Positions 53,154 through 64,000 of a DNA stretch of 64,000 nucleotides are shown here, piece by piece. Below the pieces are notes generated by a model. It was not told the DNA's origin and searched no databases. It worked only from the letters and a program-made list of their open reading frames with translations. Every line of letters starts with the position of its first letter. Within the stretch, counting starts at the first letter, position 1. Origin of the DNA: an uncultured Gammaproteobacteria bacterium (GTDB taxonomy: Bacteria > Pseudomonadota > Gammaproteobacteria > Xanthomonadales > Rhodanobacteraceae); contig CAVOOK010000006.1 in NCBI GenBank assembly GCA_963697555.1, positions 17,936-81,935 on the forward strand, read 5' to 3'. The translations under genes and the position numbers were made by a program.

Positions 53154-54098
53154 ATGAACATGTCCGGCACCCAGCAGCACGATCATTCGCACACCCACGA
53201 TCATGTCCACGCGGGCGATGGACGCAGTCGCAAACTGTTGTTCGCGTTGGTCCTGACTGCCGCGATGATGGTGATCGAAGTGGTCGGCGGCCTGTGGTCC
53301 GGTTCGCTCGCCTTGCTCGCCGATGCCGGCCACATGATGGTCGATGCGCTGGCCCTGCTGCTGGCGGTTGTTGGTGCATGGATGGCCGCCAGGCCGGCGG
53401 ATGCGCGACGCAGCTACGGCTACGGACGGATGGAAGTGCTGGTCGGCTTCGTCAATGCGCTGAGCCAGTTCGTGCTGGTCGGATGGATCATCTACGAAGC
53501 GGTGATGCGACTGGTACATCCCGGTGCGATTCTTTCGGGCGTGATGCTGGTAGTGGCGGTCGCAGGCTTGCTGGTGAACTTGCTGGTACTGCGCACACTG
53601 CACGGCCACGCGCACGACGACGTCAATCTTGCCGGCGCCAGCCTGCATGTACTCGGCGATCTGCTGGGCTCGCTAGCCGCCGTGTTGGCAGCGCTGGCGA
53701 TCCGCTGGTTCGGCTGGCTCTGGGCCGATCCGGTGCTGTCGCTGCTGGTATCGCTGCTTATCCTCAACAGCGCATGGAAGCTGTTGCGACTGTCGGCGCA
53801 CATCCTGCTCGAAGGCGTGCCCGACGGCATGGACAGTGCGCTGGTGGAGGCGTCGCTGCGCGATGCCGATCCATCGATCCGCGATGTCCACCACCTGCAC
53901 GTCTGGCAACTGGCGTCCGGTTCGCGCATGGCCACCTTGCATGCCGAACTCCACAAACCCGCTGACAGCGCGCAGGCGCTGCAGGCGATCAGGCTGATGT
54001 TGCTGGAGCGGTTCCATATCCAGCACGTGACCGTGCAGATCGATCCCGGCCATTGTCCGGACGAGACGCGGGGCTGCTCGGGCCACGACCATCCCTGA
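53154..54098 (+). CDS. CDF zinc efflux transporter (CzcD/ZitB-like)
   Basis: His-rich N-terminus, SLALLADAGHMMVD, HVLGD, HHLHVW, HVTVQ. Confidence 0.92.
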   Translation: MNMSGTQQHDHSHTHDHVHAGDGRSRKLLFALVLTAAMMVIEVVGGLWSGSLALLADAGHMMVDALALLLAVVGAWMAARPADARRSYGYGRMEVLVGFVNALSQFVLVGWIIYEAVMRLVHPGAILSGVMLVVAVAGLLVNLLVLRTLHGHAHDDVNLAGASLHVLGDLLGSLAAVLAALAIRWFGWLWADPVLSLLVSLLILNSAWKLLRLSAHILLEGVPDGMDSALVEASLRDADPSIRDVHHLHVWQLASGSRMATLHAELHKPADSAQALQAIRLMLLERFHIQHVTVQIDPGHCPDETRGCSGHDHP

Positions 54099-54163
54099 CT
54101 ATGGCAGCTCGGGCCGACCTGCTATGATTGCAGATCATTCATCCCACGAATCAAGGAGTTCCC

Positions 54164-54325
54164 ATGGGTAAGGGCGATCGCAAGACCCGTCGCGGCAAGA
54201 CCTACCGCGGCAGCTATGGCAATACCCGTGCGCACACCGTGTCGCCGGCAGTCGTCGGCGCCAAGCCGACCGTGACCAAGCCGGTCGCCGCAAAGAAGGC
54301 TGCGCCGAAAAAGAAATCAGCCTGA
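54164..54325 (+). CDS. thx: 30S ribosomal protein THX (bS31)
   Basis: AAGGAG RBS; MGKGDRKTRRGKTYRGSYGNTR signature. Confidence 0.9.
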   Translation: MGKGDRKTRRGKTYRGSYGNTRAHTVSPAVVGAKPTVTKPVAAKKAAPKKKSA

Positions 54326-54350
54326 GCACACAGCTCTTGCCGTTCACGAG

Positions 54351-54376
54351 ACCCTCGCCTCGGCGGGGGTTTTTTG
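54351..54376 (+). terminator. intrinsic terminator after thx
   Basis: ACCCTCGCC-TC-GGCGGGGGT followed by TTTTT. Confidence 0.8.
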
Positions 54377-54511
54377 TTTCTGGATAGGCCGGCAGTTTCT
54401 CTGAGCTGATCGCGAGACCGCATGATCGACGAGTTCGCAAAACGGCCAGCCGCTGCGCATGACTCGCTCTGCAGTTTGTGTCCATGCAAAACCATGTACA
54501 ATGCGATCCAT

Positions 54512-54531
54512 TGTATTAATGCATTAACACA
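54512..54531. promoter_or_regulatory. palindromic operator at the head of the his operon
   Basis: TGTATTAATGCATTAACACA near-perfect 20-bp palindrome directly before the regulator start; TACAAT -10-like element just upstream. Confidence 0.75.
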
Positions 54532-54533
54532 TT

Positions 54534-54869
54534 ATGAAGCGTCGATCGCTGCATCCCGAGACCCCCGATGAGTCCGCCGAACTCAGTCTCTGCAAAGCCT
54601 TGCTGTCCCTGAAGAACGCCAATGAGATGGCCGCGTTCCTGCGCGACCTGTGCACGCCGGCGGAAATGGAAGTGCTGGTGGATCGCTGGCGGGTGGTGCC
54701 GTATCTGCTCGACGGCGTGTCCTACCGCGAGATCCACGAGCGCACTGCGGTGAGCATCACCACCATCGGCCGGGTGGCGCGCTATCTCAATCAGGGCAAC
54801 GGCGGCTATCTTGCCGCGGCGGCGCATGCCTCGCGCCGCCGTGTCCCCGGCAAGAAGGCGAAGACATGA
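54534..54869 (+). CDS. TrpR-like (YerC/YecD) regulator, probable HisR
   Basis: FLRDLCTPAE, RWRV, SYREI, SITTIGRVAR; first gene of the his operon. Confidence 0.88.
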   Translation: MKRRSLHPETPDESAELSLCKALLSLKNANEMAAFLRDLCTPAEMEVLVDRWRVVPYLLDGVSYREIHERTAVSITTIGRVARYLNQGNGGYLAAAAHASRRRVPGKKAKT

Positions 54870-55759
54870 AGGCTCGCGACCGGCTGCGCATCGCCATGCA
54901 GAAATCCGGCCGGCTTACCGAGCCGGCGCTCGACCTCCTCAACCGTTGCGGGCTGAGCTTTCGGCAAAGCCGCGACAAGCTGTTCTGCTTCGGCGACGGC
55001 GAGCCGGTCGATCTGCTGCTGGTGCGCGACGACGATATCCCCGGGCTGATCGCGCAGGGCGTGTGCGACCTGGGCATCGTCGGGCGCAATGTCCTGGGCG
55101 AGTTCCAGCTCACCGCCGGGCGCGACGCCGAGCCGCTGACCGAATTGCGACCGCTCGGTTTCGGCCGCTGCCGGTTGTCGATCGCCGTGCCGCAGGAGCT
55201 CGACTATCAACGACCGCAACAACTGGAAGGCCGGCGCATCGCCACGTCCTATCCCGGACTGCTTGGCGAATGGTTGCGCACGCATGGCGTGAACGCCGGC
55301 GTGGTGACCTTGAACGGCTCGGTGGAGATCGCGCCGAAACTGGGCACGGCCGACGCGATCTGCGATCTGGTGCAGAGCGGCGGGACGCTGGTGGCAAACC
55401 AGTTGCGCGAAGCCGATGTGCTGCTGGAAAGCGAAGCTGTGTTGGCAGGGCCGCTGACCCTGCCGGTGGACGAACGCGGCGACATGCTGGACCTGTTGCT
55501 GAAGCGGCTGGACGGAGTGATCCAGGTGCGCGAGTCGCGCTTGCTGCTGCTGCAGACCTCACGGCACACGCTGGATGCCGTCACCCGCCTGTTGCCTGGT
55601 GGCCCGCAGCCAACCCTGCTGACGGTGGCTGGCCAGCCCGACCAGCTGATGCTGCAGGCACTGTGCGCCGGCGAGGTGAGCTGGCGGCAACTGGAGGAAA
55701 TCAAGAAAGCCGGTGCACGCGAAATGTTCGTGCTGCCGGTGGAGAAGATGCTTGCATGA
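54866..55759 (+). CDS. hisG: ATP phosphoribosyltransferase
   Basis: [37 protein letters not shown]. Confidence 0.96.
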   Translation: MKARDRLRIAMQKSGRLTEPALDLLNRCGLSFRQSRDKLFCFGDGEPVDLLLVRDDDIPGLIAQGVCDLGIVGRNVLGEFQLTAGRDAEPLTELRPLGFGRCRLSIAVPQELDYQRPQQLEGRRIATSYPGLLGEWLRTHGVNAGVVTLNGSVEIAPKLGTADAICDLVQSGGTLVANQLREADVLLESEAVLAGPLTLPVDERGDMLDLLLKRLDGVIQVRESRLLLLQTSRHTLDAVTRLLPGGPQPTLLTVAGQPDQLMLQALCAGEVSWRQLEEIKKAGAREMFVLPVEKMLA

Positions 55760-55772
55760 AGAGCTGGCTGGC

Positions 55773-57080
55773 ATGAAACGTCTGGACTGGAACGCGCTGG
55801 ATGAAACAGAACGTCACGATGCGCTCGCTCGGCCCGCGCATTCGCGCGGGGACGAACTGCGCCACGGTGTCGAGCGGATCATCGCCGCCGTGCGCGCGCA
55901 AGGCGACATGGCGTTGCGCGAGCTCAGCGCGAAATACGATCGCTGCACGCTGGACGCGATCGAGGTGGACGAGGCCGAATTCGCTGCAGCCGAAGCCTTC
56001 CTCGATCCGGTCCTGAAGGCGGCGATTCGCGAGGCGGCCGCACGCATCGAGCTGTTCCATCGCGCGGCGGCACCGCAACCGGTGGCAGTGGATACCGCAC
56101 CCGGCGTCCGGGTCGAGCGCATGCTGCGTCCGATCGGCCGGGTCGGCCTGTACGTGCCGGCCGGCAGTGCACCGTTGCCGTCGACCGCCCTGATGCTGGG
56201 TGTGCCGGCGCATATCGCCGGTTGCCGCGAAGTGGTGCTGTGTTCGCCGGCGCGGTCCGATGGGCATTGCGACGAGGCGGTGCTATATGCCGCTCGCCTC
56301 ACCGGCGTGCACAAGGCGTTCAAGCTGGGCGGCGCGCAGGCGATCGCCGCGATGGCCTACGGCACGGACAGCGTACCCAAGTGCGACAAGCTGTTCGGTC
56401 CGGGCAACGCCTGGGTCACCGAGGCGAAGCTGCAGGTGTCGTGCGACCCGGACGGGGCCGCGATCGACATGCCGGCAGGCCCGTCGGAAGTGCTGGTGAT
56501 CGCCGATGCCGAGGCTAACCCCGTGTTCGTCGCCGCCGACCTGCTGTCGCAGGCGGAGCATGGCCCGGATTCGCAGGTGATCCTGCTGAGTCCGTCCGCC
56601 GAGTTGCTGGACCAGGTGGCCGCCGAAGTCGAGCGCCAGTGCGCCGAACTGCCGCGCGGCGCGATCGCCCGCCAGGCACTGGCGCAGAGCCGGCTGATCG
56701 CCGTCGACTCGCTGGTGCAGGCGGTCGAGGTGAGCAACCGCTACGCGCCTGAACACCTGATCTTGCAGGTGGCAGCGCCGCGCGCCCTGCTGGACGACAT
56801 CGAGAGCGCTGGCTCGATCTTCCTCGGCCAGTGGACGCCCGAATCGGTGGGCGACTACTGCAGCGGCAGCAACCACGTGCTGCCGACCTACGGCTACGCA
56901 CGCAGCCACAGCGGCGTGTCGGTGGCCAGTTACCAGAAGCAGATCAGCGTGCAGGAAGTCAGCGAAGAAGGCTTGCGCAACATCGGCCCGTGCACGGCGA
57001 CGCTGGCGGCGGCCGAACAATTGGAGGCGCACCGCCGCGCGGTGACCTTGCGATTGGAAACCTTGGGGGCGCAGTCATGA
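55773..57080 (+). CDS. hisD: histidinol dehydrogenase
   Basis: [35 protein letters not shown]. Confidence 0.97.
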   Translation: MKRLDWNALDETERHDALARPAHSRGDELRHGVERIIAAVRAQGDMALRELSAKYDRCTLDAIEVDEAEFAAAEAFLDPVLKAAIREAAARIELFHRAAAPQPVAVDTAPGVRVERMLRPIGRVGLYVPAGSAPLPSTALMLGVPAHIAGCREVVLCSPARSDGHCDEAVLYAARLTGVHKAFKLGGAQAIAAMAYGTDSVPKCDKLFGPGNAWVTEAKLQVSCDPDGAAIDMPAGPSEVLVIADAEANPVFVAADLLSQAEHGPDSQVILLSPSAELLDQVAAEVERQCAELPRGAIARQALAQSRLIAVDSLVQAVEVSNRYAPEHLILQVAAPRALLDDIESAGSIFLGQWTPESVGDYCSGSNHVLPTYGYARSHSGVSVASYQKQISVQEVSEEGLRNIGPCTATLAAAEQLEAHRRAVTLRLETLGAQS

Positions 57081-58207
57081 GCGTGCTCGATCTGGCCCGG
57101 CCGGAAATCCGGGCGATGCAGCCGTATTCCTCGGCGCGGATGGAAGCCAGCGGCGGCGAGGTCTTCCTCAACGCGAACGAGTCGGCATGGGCCCCGGTGG
57201 GCGACCACGGCCTCGGCTGCAATCGCTATCCCGAGCCGCAGCCCGCGGCGCTGGTCGATGCACTGGCGACGCTCTATGGCGTGCGTCGCGAACAGTTGCT
57301 GGTCGGCCGCGGCAGCGATGAGGCGATTGACCTGCTGGTGCGTGCGTTCTGCCGCGCCGGCCGCGACGCCGTCCTGATCCAGCCCCCCACGTTCGGCATG
57401 TACGCGGTGTGCGCACGGGTGCAGGACGCGGGCATCGTCGAGGTACCACTGGCGGCGGATTTCCGCCTGGACGTGGAAGCCCTGCTGGCGGCGCTGACCC
57501 CGGCGGTGAAGCTGGTTTTCATCTGCACGCCGAACAACCCCACCGGCCAGCCGGTGCCTCGCGCTGCGGTCGAGCGGCTGGCGCAGACGCTGAGCGGTCG
57601 CGCCCTGCTGGTGGTGGACGAGGCCTACGTGGAGTTCAGCGATGCGGGCAGCGTGGCGGACCTGATCGATCGCCACGACAACCTTGCCGTGTTGCGCACC
57701 TTGTCCAAGGCTTGGGCGCTTGCCGGGGTGCGCGTCGGCAGTTTGCTGGCGAATGCCGAGGTCGTCGCGCTGCTGCGTCGGATCATGGCGCCGTACCCGC
57801 TGCCGTTGCCGTGCGTGGACGCCGCGTTGCTGGCGTTGTCCGGCTGGGGCCAGGCGAATGCGCGAGGGCATGTCGCCATCGTGCGCGAGCAGCGCGTGCG
57901 GATGCAGGCAGCGCTGCGCCGATTGTCCGGTGTGCGCGAGGTGTTGCCGTCGCAGGCGAATTTCCTGGCTGTGCGCTTCGACGATGCCAGTGCCGTCTAC
58001 CAGCGCCTGCTCGCGGCCGGCATTGTGGTGCGCGACGTGCGCCGTTACCCGAACCTCGGCGATGCGCTGCGTATCACCATCGGCACGCCGGCGGAGAATG
58101 ATCGGGTGCTGGCCGTGCTGGCCTCCGATCGAGGCATTGCCCATCGGGCGGCTTCTCTGGAGGGTCCGGGCAGGGGTGACCGGGCGTCTGTCGAGGGGTC
58201 GACATGA
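57077..58207 (+). CDS. hisC: histidinol-phosphate aminotransferase
   Basis: NRYP, GSDEAI, PNNPTG, DEAY, RTLSKAW. Confidence 0.96.
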   Translation: MSVLDLARPEIRAMQPYSSARMEASGGEVFLNANESAWAPVGDHGLGCNRYPEPQPAALVDALATLYGVRREQLLVGRGSDEAIDLLVRAFCRAGRDAVLIQPPTFGMYAVCARVQDAGIVEVPLAADFRLDVEALLAALTPAVKLVFICTPNNPTGQPVPRAAVERLAQTLSGRALLVVDEAYVEFSDAGSVADLIDRHDNLAVLRTLSKAWALAGVRVGSLLANAEVVALLRRIMAPYPLPLPCVDAALLALSGWGQANARGHVAIVREQRVRMQAALRRLSGVREVLPSQANFLAVRFDDASAVYQRLLAAGIVVRDVRRYPNLGDALRITIGTPAENDRVLAVLASDRGIAHRAASLEGPGRGDRASVEGST

Positions 58208-59274
58208 ACACGAGCCGCAAGATTCTCTTCGTAGACCGCGACGGCTGCCTGATCGAGGAGCCGGCCGATGAGCAGATCGACAGCTACGAGAAGCTGGCCC
58301 TGCTGCCCGGCGTGATTGCCGCGCTGCAGCGCTTCGTTGCCGCCGGTTACGAACTGGTGATGGTGACCAATCAAGATGGCCTGGGCACCGACAGTTTCCC
58401 GGAGTCGCATTTCACCGGACCGCACGAACTGCTGCTGCGCATCCTCGCCTCGCAGGGCATCGCCTTCCGCAAGGTGCTGATCGACCGCAGCTTTCCGCAT
58501 GAAGGCCTCGACACGCGCAAGCCCGGCGTTGGCATGCTGCGTCACTACCTGGCTGACGACGGCTGGAGCCGCGCGGCGTCGGCGATGGTCGGCGATCGCG
58601 AAACGGACCTGCAGTTCGCCGCGAACATGGGTGTGCGCGGCTTCCGCGTCGGCCCGCAGGGCGTGAACTGGGAGGAACTGGCGCACCAGCTGCTCGATGC
58701 ACCGCGCGTTGCCACAGTGGTGCGCAACACCAGGGAAACCCGGATCACCGTCAGCGTGGACCTGGACAAGATAGCCGAACCGCAGGCGCATACCGGGCTG
58801 GGCTTCTTCGACCACATGCTGGAGCAGATCGGCAAGCACGGCGGTTTCGCGCTGGACCTGCGGTGCGACGGCGACACCCACATCGATGAACACCACACCA
58901 TCGAAGACTGCGCGCTGGCGCTGGGCAGTGCCTTGAAGCAGGCGATCGGCGACAAGCGCGGCATCGGCCGCTACGGCTTCACCCTGCCGATGGACGAGTC
59001 GCAGGCCAGCGCGGCGCTGGATCTGTCCGGCCGTCCATACTTCGTGTTCGAGGGTACTTTCCCACGCGAGCGCGTGGGCGAAGTGCCGACCGAACTCGTA
59101 CCGCACTTCTTCCGCTCGTTATGCGAGACGCTGGGCGCGAACCTGCACCTGTCCGTGCACGGCGACAACGCGCACCACATGGTCGAGGCCTGCTTCAAGG
59201 TGGTGGCGCGCACGCTGCGTCAGGCGATCCGTCGCGAAGGCAGCGAGCTGCCGAGCACGAAGGGCGCGCTGTGA
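58204..59274 (+). CDS. hisB: bifunctional histidinol-phosphatase/IGP dehydratase
   Basis: DRDG HAD motif, [23 protein letters not shown]. Confidence 0.97.
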   Translation: MNTSRKILFVDRDGCLIEEPADEQIDSYEKLALLPGVIAALQRFVAAGYELVMVTNQDGLGTDSFPESHFTGPHELLLRILASQGIAFRKVLIDRSFPHEGLDTRKPGVGMLRHYLADDGWSRAASAMVGDRETDLQFAANMGVRGFRVGPQGVNWEELAHQLLDAPRVATVVRNTRETRITVSVDLDKIAEPQAHTGLGFFDHMLEQIGKHGGFALDLRCDGDTHIDEHHTIEDCALALGSALKQAIGDKRGIGRYGFTLPMDESQASAALDLSGRPYFVFEGTFPRERVGEVPTELVPHFFRSLCETLGANLHLSVHGDNAHHMVEACFKVVARTLRQAIRREGSELPSTKGAL

Positions 59275-59864
59275 TGAGCGTGGTCCTGGTCGACGCCGGC
59301 GGCACCAATATCGGTTCGGTGCGTTATGCGCTGCATCGGCTGGGCGTGGATGCTGCACTGACTTCCGACGCGGTCGCGATTCGCGCTGCCGACAAGGTGA
59401 TCCTGCCTGGCGTGGGCGCGGCTGGCCCTGGCATGGCGCGACTGCGCGAGCTGGGTCTGGTCGATGTGCTGCGTTCGCTGGAACAGCCCGTGCTTGGCGT
59501 GTGCCTGGGCATGCAACTGCTGTGCTCGCATTCGGAAGAGGGCGACACGGAGTGCCTCGGATTGATTCCGGCACCGGTGCGCCGTTTTGCCGAAGCCCCC
59601 GGTCGGCGCGTGCCGCACATGGGCTGGAACGGTCTATCCGTGCAGCGGCCGCATCCGTTGCTGGCCGGGCTGGACGATGACGACCAGGCGTACTTCGTGC
59701 ACAGCTACGCGATGCCGGTGGGTGATTTCACCCTGGCCAGCACCGACCATGCCGGCGAATTTTCGGCAGTCGTGGCCCGTGGCAATTTCCACGGCATGCA
59801 ATTTCATCCGGAACGCTCGGCCGCCGTCGGCGCGCGCTTGTTGAAGAATTTCCTCAGCCTATGA
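59274..59864 (+). CDS. hisH: imidazole glycerol phosphate synthase, glutaminase subunit
   Basis: LPGVG, GVCLGMQ, PHMGWN, QFHPE. Confidence 0.96.
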   Translation: MSVVLVDAGGTNIGSVRYALHRLGVDAALTSDAVAIRAADKVILPGVGAAGPGMARLRELGLVDVLRSLEQPVLGVCLGMQLLCSHSEEGDTECLGLIPAPVRRFAEAPGRRVPHMGWNGLSVQRPHPLLAGLDDDDQAYFVHSYAMPVGDFTLASTDHAGEFSAVVARGNFHGMQFHPERSAAVGARLLKNFLSL

Positions 59865-60589
59865 GCTTCGACGTCATCCCCGCCATCGATCTGCGCGACG
59901 GACGCGTGGTGCGCCTGCGCCAGGGCGACTACGCCCAGCAGACCACCTATGCCCCCGATCCGCGCGAACTGGCCTTGCGCTACCTGCACGCCGGCGCGCG
60001 CTGGCTGCACGTGGTCGATCTCGACGGTGCGCGGTCGGGCAACCTGGACAACCTGGCCGTGATCAAGGCGATTGCCGACCACGGCATCGACGTGCAGGCC
60101 GGTGGTGGCGTGCGCGACGAGGCCGATCTGCGGCGACTGTTTGACGTCGGCGTGCGCCGCGTGGTGCTGGGCAGCGTGGCCATCCGCGATCCGCAGCGGG
60201 TGGCCGGCTGGCTGGAGTCGTTCGGCAGCGACCACATCACCATCGCGCTGGACACCCGCCTCGTCGGCAACGACTGGTTGCTGCCCAGTGCGGGCTGGAC
60301 CGAAATCGAAGCGACCACGCTGGACGAACTGGCGCCCTGGTATGCCGAGCACGGTGCGCGCCACCTGTTGTGCACCGACATCGAGCGCGACGGCATGCTC
60401 GCGGGCTTCAACCTCGAACTGTATCGGCACCTGACCGACCGCGTGCCCGAGCTTGCCCTGCAGGCATCGGGAGGCGTGCGCTCGCTGGCCGATATTCGCG
60501 CTGCACGCGAAGCCGGCGCGAAGGCCGTGATCCTTGGGCGTGCGCTGCTCGAGGGGCGCTTCACGCTGGAAGAGGCGCTGGCATGCTGA
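59861..60589 (+). CDS. hisA: ProFAR isomerase
   Basis: [26 protein letters not shown]. Confidence 0.96.
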   Translation: MSFDVIPAIDLRDGRVVRLRQGDYAQQTTYAPDPRELALRYLHAGARWLHVVDLDGARSGNLDNLAVIKAIADHGIDVQAGGGVRDEADLRRLFDVGVRRVVLGSVAIRDPQRVAGWLESFGSDHITIALDTRLVGNDWLLPSAGWTEIEATTLDELAPWYAEHGARHLLCTDIERDGMLAGFNLELYRHLTDRVPELALQASGGVRSLADIRAAREAGAKAVILGRALLEGRFTLEEALAC

Positions 60590-61353
60590 GCCGACGCATC
60601 ATTCCCTGCCTCGACGTGCGCGATGGCCAGGTGGTCAAGGGCGTGCGCTTCCGCGATCACGTGGTGATGGGCGAGATCGTGGATCTCGCACTGCGCTATC
60701 GCGACGAAGGCGCCGACGAGCTGGTGTTCTACGACATAACCGCCAGCCCCGAGGGGCGCAGCGTGGACCGCGGCTGGGTCGAGCGGGTGGCGCGGGTGAT
60801 CGACATCCCTTTCTGCGTGGCGGGCGGCATCCGCTCGATCGAAGAGGCGCGCGCAGTGCTGTATGCGGGCGCGGACAAGGTTTCGGTGAACTCGCCGGCG
60901 CTTGAACGGCCCGGGTTGATCGACGAACTGGCCGCCGCGTTCGGCGTGCAATGCGTGGTAGTCGGCATCGACTCGTTGCGCGATGCCGACGGCGAATGGC
61001 GCGTGCACCAGTACACCGGCGACCCGGCGAAGACGCAGGCACTGGCACGGCGGACGATGGACTGGATCGTCGAGGTGCAGCGACGCGGAGCGGGTGAAGT
61101 GGTGCTCAATTGCATGGGCAGCGACGGCGTGCGCCGCGGCTACGACCTCGGCCAGTTGGCGTTGGCTCGCGCGATATGCCACGTGCCACTGATCGCTTCC
61201 GGCGGCGCCGGTGCGCCGGAACATTTCCGCGACGCCTTCATCGAGGCCGACGTGGATGGCGCGCTGGCGGCCAGCGTGTTCCATACGGGCGCCATCGCGA
61301 TCCCGCAACTCAAGCACTATCTACGCGGCCAGGGTGTGGCCGTTCGTCTCTAG
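60583..61353 (+). CDS. hisF: imidazole glycerol phosphate synthase, cyclase subunit
   Basis: [32 protein letters not shown]. Confidence 0.97.
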   Translation: MLSRRIIPCLDVRDGQVVKGVRFRDHVVMGEIVDLALRYRDEGADELVFYDITASPEGRSVDRGWVERVARVIDIPFCVAGGIRSIEEARAVLYAGADKVSVNSPALERPGLIDELAAAFGVQCVVVGIDSLRDADGEWRVHQYTGDPAKTQALARRTMDWIVEVQRRGAGEVVLNCMGSDGVRRGYDLGQLALARAICHVPLIASGGAGAPEHFRDAFIEADVDGALAASVFHTGAIAIPQLKHYLRGQGVAVRL

Positions 61354-61368
61354 TTTCTGGAGCCTGCC

Positions 61369-62037
61369 ATGGCCATCGAATCCAACATCGACGTCAGCCG
61401 TCTCGACTGGGCAAAAGGCGATGGCCTGCTGCCGGCGATCGTGCAGCACTGGCTCAGCGGCGAAGTGCTGATGCTCGGTTACATGAACGCCGAAGCGCTG
61501 GCACAGACCCAGGCCGGCGGCCAGGTGACGTTCTATAGCCGCAGCAAGCAGCGGCTGTGGACCAAGGGCGAGAGCTCCGGCCATGTGCTGGCGCTGAAGT
61601 CGATCCGCGTCGACTGCGACGCCGACACGTTGCTGGTCCAGGCCGAGCCGCATGGCCCGAGCTGTCATCTGGGCACGTCGAGCTGCTTCGGCGAAGGCGT
61701 ACGGCCACCGCTGGGTTTCCTCGCCGAGCTCGACGCGGTGGTCGCGCAACGCCACGCCGAGCGGCCGGCGGGCAGTTACACCACCAGGTTGTTCGAGGGC
61801 GGCATGCGCCGCATCGCGCAGAAAGTCGGCGAGGAGGGCGTCGAGACGGCGCTGGCTGCCGTAATGCAGAACGACGCCGAACTGCTGGGCGAGGCGGCAG
61901 ACCTGCTCTTCCATCTCACCGTGGCGCTGCGCGCGCGGGGATTGTCGCTGCGAGACGTCGCGAGCGTGTTGGCCGATCGCCACGCCCTTCAACCGACCAA
62001 ACGGATCAGTGCGCTCCCGCCGTCGTCGCCGGCTTGA
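61369..62037 (+). CDS. hisIE: bifunctional PR-AMP cyclohydrolase/PR-ATP diphosphatase
   Basis: LWTKGESSG, DCDAD, CHLG..SCF, KVGEEGVE. Confidence 0.96.
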   Translation: MAIESNIDVSRLDWAKGDGLLPAIVQHWLSGEVLMLGYMNAEALAQTQAGGQVTFYSRSKQRLWTKGESSGHVLALKSIRVDCDADTLLVQAEPHGPSCHLGTSSCFGEGVRPPLGFLAELDAVVAQRHAERPAGSYTTRLFEGGMRRIAQKVGEEGVETALAAVMQNDAELLGEAADLLFHLTVALRARGLSLRDVASVLADRHALQPTKRISALPPSSPA

Positions 62038-63019
62038 ATGCCAGTTTTGGCCCAGGCGTGAAACCCTTGCGCCACAAGGCGAGCTGCTCCGCAATGCCGC
62101 TGCCGATAGCGATCTGCGGTTCCGACGGTGTCAGTTTGTCCTGGCGTTCCCATTGGCTGATTTCGCCGCTGGCCTGCCTGAACGCGTCGATGAAATCCGG
62201 CGTGCGGTTCAAGGCGTCGACCAGCCATGCCCTGCCGAAGTAGGTGATATCCGAATCGCTGCCACAGCCGAACGAACTGCGATCGGCCCGGGCGGCCGTG
62301 AGTACAAGAGTACCGGGGCCGCGCAGCGGCGGCACGAATCCGCCGGAATAACAGGCGTTGACCACCACTACCTTCCACTTGAACCGATGTGCAGCCAGGA
62401 TGCCGGCCAGGTCATCGGCGCCGATTTGATCCAGCGGCAGCGGATTCATGTCCACCAGCAAGGTGTGATCCTCGCCACCATGGCTGGTGATGTACAGCAG
62501 CAGGATGTCCTGCTCGGGCTGCATGATTTTTTCAAGGCCGGCGAGCGCTGTTTCCAGATTGCTCCAGGTTGCCAGTGGTCGGGTGGTCAGCGCGGCTGGA
62601 TTGTTCTCTAGGACCAGGGTGTGCGCGCTCGCGCCAAAACGCTTTGCGAACAGCTGGCCCGCGTACTCGGCTTCGTTGCGAAAGACGTCTTCGCCACCGT
62701 CGCCCGCGAACACCAGTGCATAAAGATTTGGCTTGCCGGCCACTCTCGGAGTCAATTCGGCGAGCGCATCGCGCATCATTCGCGGCTGAGCGTAGAGCAC
62801 CTGTTCCGGTGTCGGTGCCTGGTCCGGCCAGTCATAACCGCCGTCGGTCACGTCATCGGCGACCGCTACGTCCGCCGCGTCACTGAGGGATGCGGCGGCG
62901 ACCGTTGTTGCGGGCGCATGGCGCATGGCGGTGAGCAGTGGCGCCCGATGGCCGGGCCACCACACCATCACAAGCACTCCCGCAGCGAATGCGAGCAGGA
63001 CGGTCAGGGCGCTGCGCAT
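62006..63019 (-). CDS. C13 (legumain-like) peptidase
   Basis: DVFRNE, YITSHG (His), NACYSGGF (Cys), SFGC; signal/TM N-terminus. Confidence 0.88.
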   Translation of the reverse strand: MRSALTVLLAFAAGVLVMVWWPGHRAPLLTAMRHAPATTVAAASLSDAADVAVADDVTDGGYDWPDQAPTPEQVLYAQPRMMRDALAELTPRVAGKPNLYALVFAGDGGEDVFRNEAEYAGQLFAKRFGASAHTLVLENNPAALTTRPLATWSNLETALAGLEKIMQPEQDILLLYITSHGGEDHTLLVDMNPLPLDQIGADDLAGILAAHRFKWKVVVVNACYSGGFVPPLRGPGTLVLTAARADRSSFGCGSDSDITYFGRAWLVDALNRTPDFIDAFRQASGEISQWERQDKLTPSEPQIAIGSGIAEQLALWRKGFTPGPKLAFKPATTAGAH

Positions 63020-63033
63020 GGTGACATCGCCGG

Positions 63034-63726
63034 TCAGGTTGAAGGTGTGATCGCGTTGAAGTCGGTGAACACGGGATGGCGCGGCGAACCAGGCGGCGGC
63101 TGCGGTTCGCGGATCAGCCATCCGGTATGGAAACCGGCCGCCTGAGCGGCATCGAGTTCTTCCACGATATCGGACAGGAACAGGATATGCGTGGGCTGTT
63201 CGCCGATGGCTTCGGCGATGCGCCGATAGGATGCGGCCTCGCGTTTCGGGCCGGTTTCCGTGTCGAAATAGCCGGCGAACAACGGGGTCAGGTCGCCCGC
63301 TTCGCTGTAACGGAAGAACAGCTGCTGCGCCGGCACGGAACCGGAAGAATAGACATACAGGCGCAATCCATCGGCCCGCCAGTCGCGCAGCCGGGCAGCG
63401 ACCTCGGGATACATGTGCGCGCGGTAATCCGCGGCGGCATAACCGTCTCTCCAGATCATGCCCTGCAACGCCTTCAGCGCGGTGGACTTGCGGTCCTGGT
63501 CGATCCACTGCAGCAGCAATTCGATGATGTCCTGCCGACTGGCCTCGACCAGCCCGGCTTCACGCGCGGCCTCGTGCAGCCAATGCTGCACCTCGGGCTG
63601 GTCGCCGTGGGTTTCGATGAAGGCGGGCAGCCGCTTGCGCGCATAGGGAAACAGCACGTCGCGCACGAAACTGATCGAACTGGTGGTGCCCTCGATGTCG
63701 GTGAGGATGGCGCGGATTTCGGTCAT
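63034..63726 (-). CDS. mtnC: enolase-phosphatase E1 (acireductone synthase)
   Basis: [33 protein letters not shown]. Confidence 0.95.
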   Translation of the reverse strand: MTEIRAILTDIEGTTSSISFVRDVLFPYARKRLPAFIETHGDQPEVQHWLHEAAREAGLVEASRQDIIELLLQWIDQDRKSTALKALQGMIWRDGYAAADYRAHMYPEVAARLRDWRADGLRLYVYSSGSVPAQQLFFRYSEAGDLTPLFAGYFDTETGPKREAASYRRIAEAIGEQPTHILFLSDIVEELDAAQAAGFHTGWLIREPQPPPGSPRHPVFTDFNAITPST

Positions 63727-64000
63727 GGCTGTTTGACCCCGTGCGGCTGCATCCGCGGAAATCCCCCCGCAATATCGTCACCGGTGAATTGCGCCACCCA
63801 GCCTTCCTTGTTGGTGAACAGCCGGATCGCCACGAAGTAGGGCGATTCGCTCATGTCGAACCAGTGGCGGGTGCCGTCCGGCACACCGATCAGGTCACCC
63901 TGTTCGCACAGGATGTCGTAGACCTTGCCGTCGATGTGCAGGGTGAATTGGCCGGAGCCGGCGACGAAGAAACGCACTTCGTCCTCGCTATGCGTATGCT
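63723..64000 (-). CDS. mtnD: acireductone dioxygenase, 3' part (truncated by the window edge)
   Basis: [29 protein letters not shown]. Confidence 0.93.
   Translation of the reverse strand, partial: HTHSEDEVRFFVAGSGQFTLHIDGKVYDILCEQGDLIGVPDGTRHWFDMSESPYFVAIRLFTNKEGWVAQFTGDDIAGGFPRMQPHGVKQP

Noticed and set aside
58120..58207. C-terminal extension of HisC with a partial tandem repeat ([15 protein letters not shown])
   Set aside because: Low-complexity linker that preserves the ATGA coupling to hisB; likely neutral.
62006..62037. 32-bp convergent overlap of hisIE and the C13 peptidase
   Set aside because: A common result of stop-codon drift; no structural signal.

Overview
GC-rich chromosomal segment of a Xanthomonadales bacterium. 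Gene order, REP type and proteins suggest Rhodanobacter/Dyella; this is an inference. The window is mostly housekeeping: rsmC-like/rsuA, selO, tRNA-Arg(CCT), pyrD-murB, nth-rnfB-metG/apbC, dcd, rimO, greB, psd-prmB-aroC-asd-fimV-truA-trpF-(JmjC)-trpBA-accD, gltX-zur-merC-CDF-thx, a complete his operon headed by a TrpR-like regulator, and mtnCD. I found no integrase, transposase, prophage or CRISPR. The most notable signals are: (i) two identically spaced three-box DnaA-box modules in a convergent intergenic gap (DARS/datA-like candidate); (ii) a ~100-nt structured RNA candidate after the LysM transglycosylase; (iii) two hydrophilic microproteins beside tRNA-Arg that the ORF track omits; (iv) a JmjC/2OG oxygenase translationally coupled inside the trp cluster; (v) a Zur-box/MerC/CDF zinc cluster; (vi) a PHO-box-like GT4+PAP2 lipid-remodelling pair; (vii) an orphan ICE-type lytic transglycosylase; and (viii) a selO gene with a dense, insertion-only run of frameshifts, most likely an assembly artefact. 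All family assignments come from motif recognition by eye; no database search was run.
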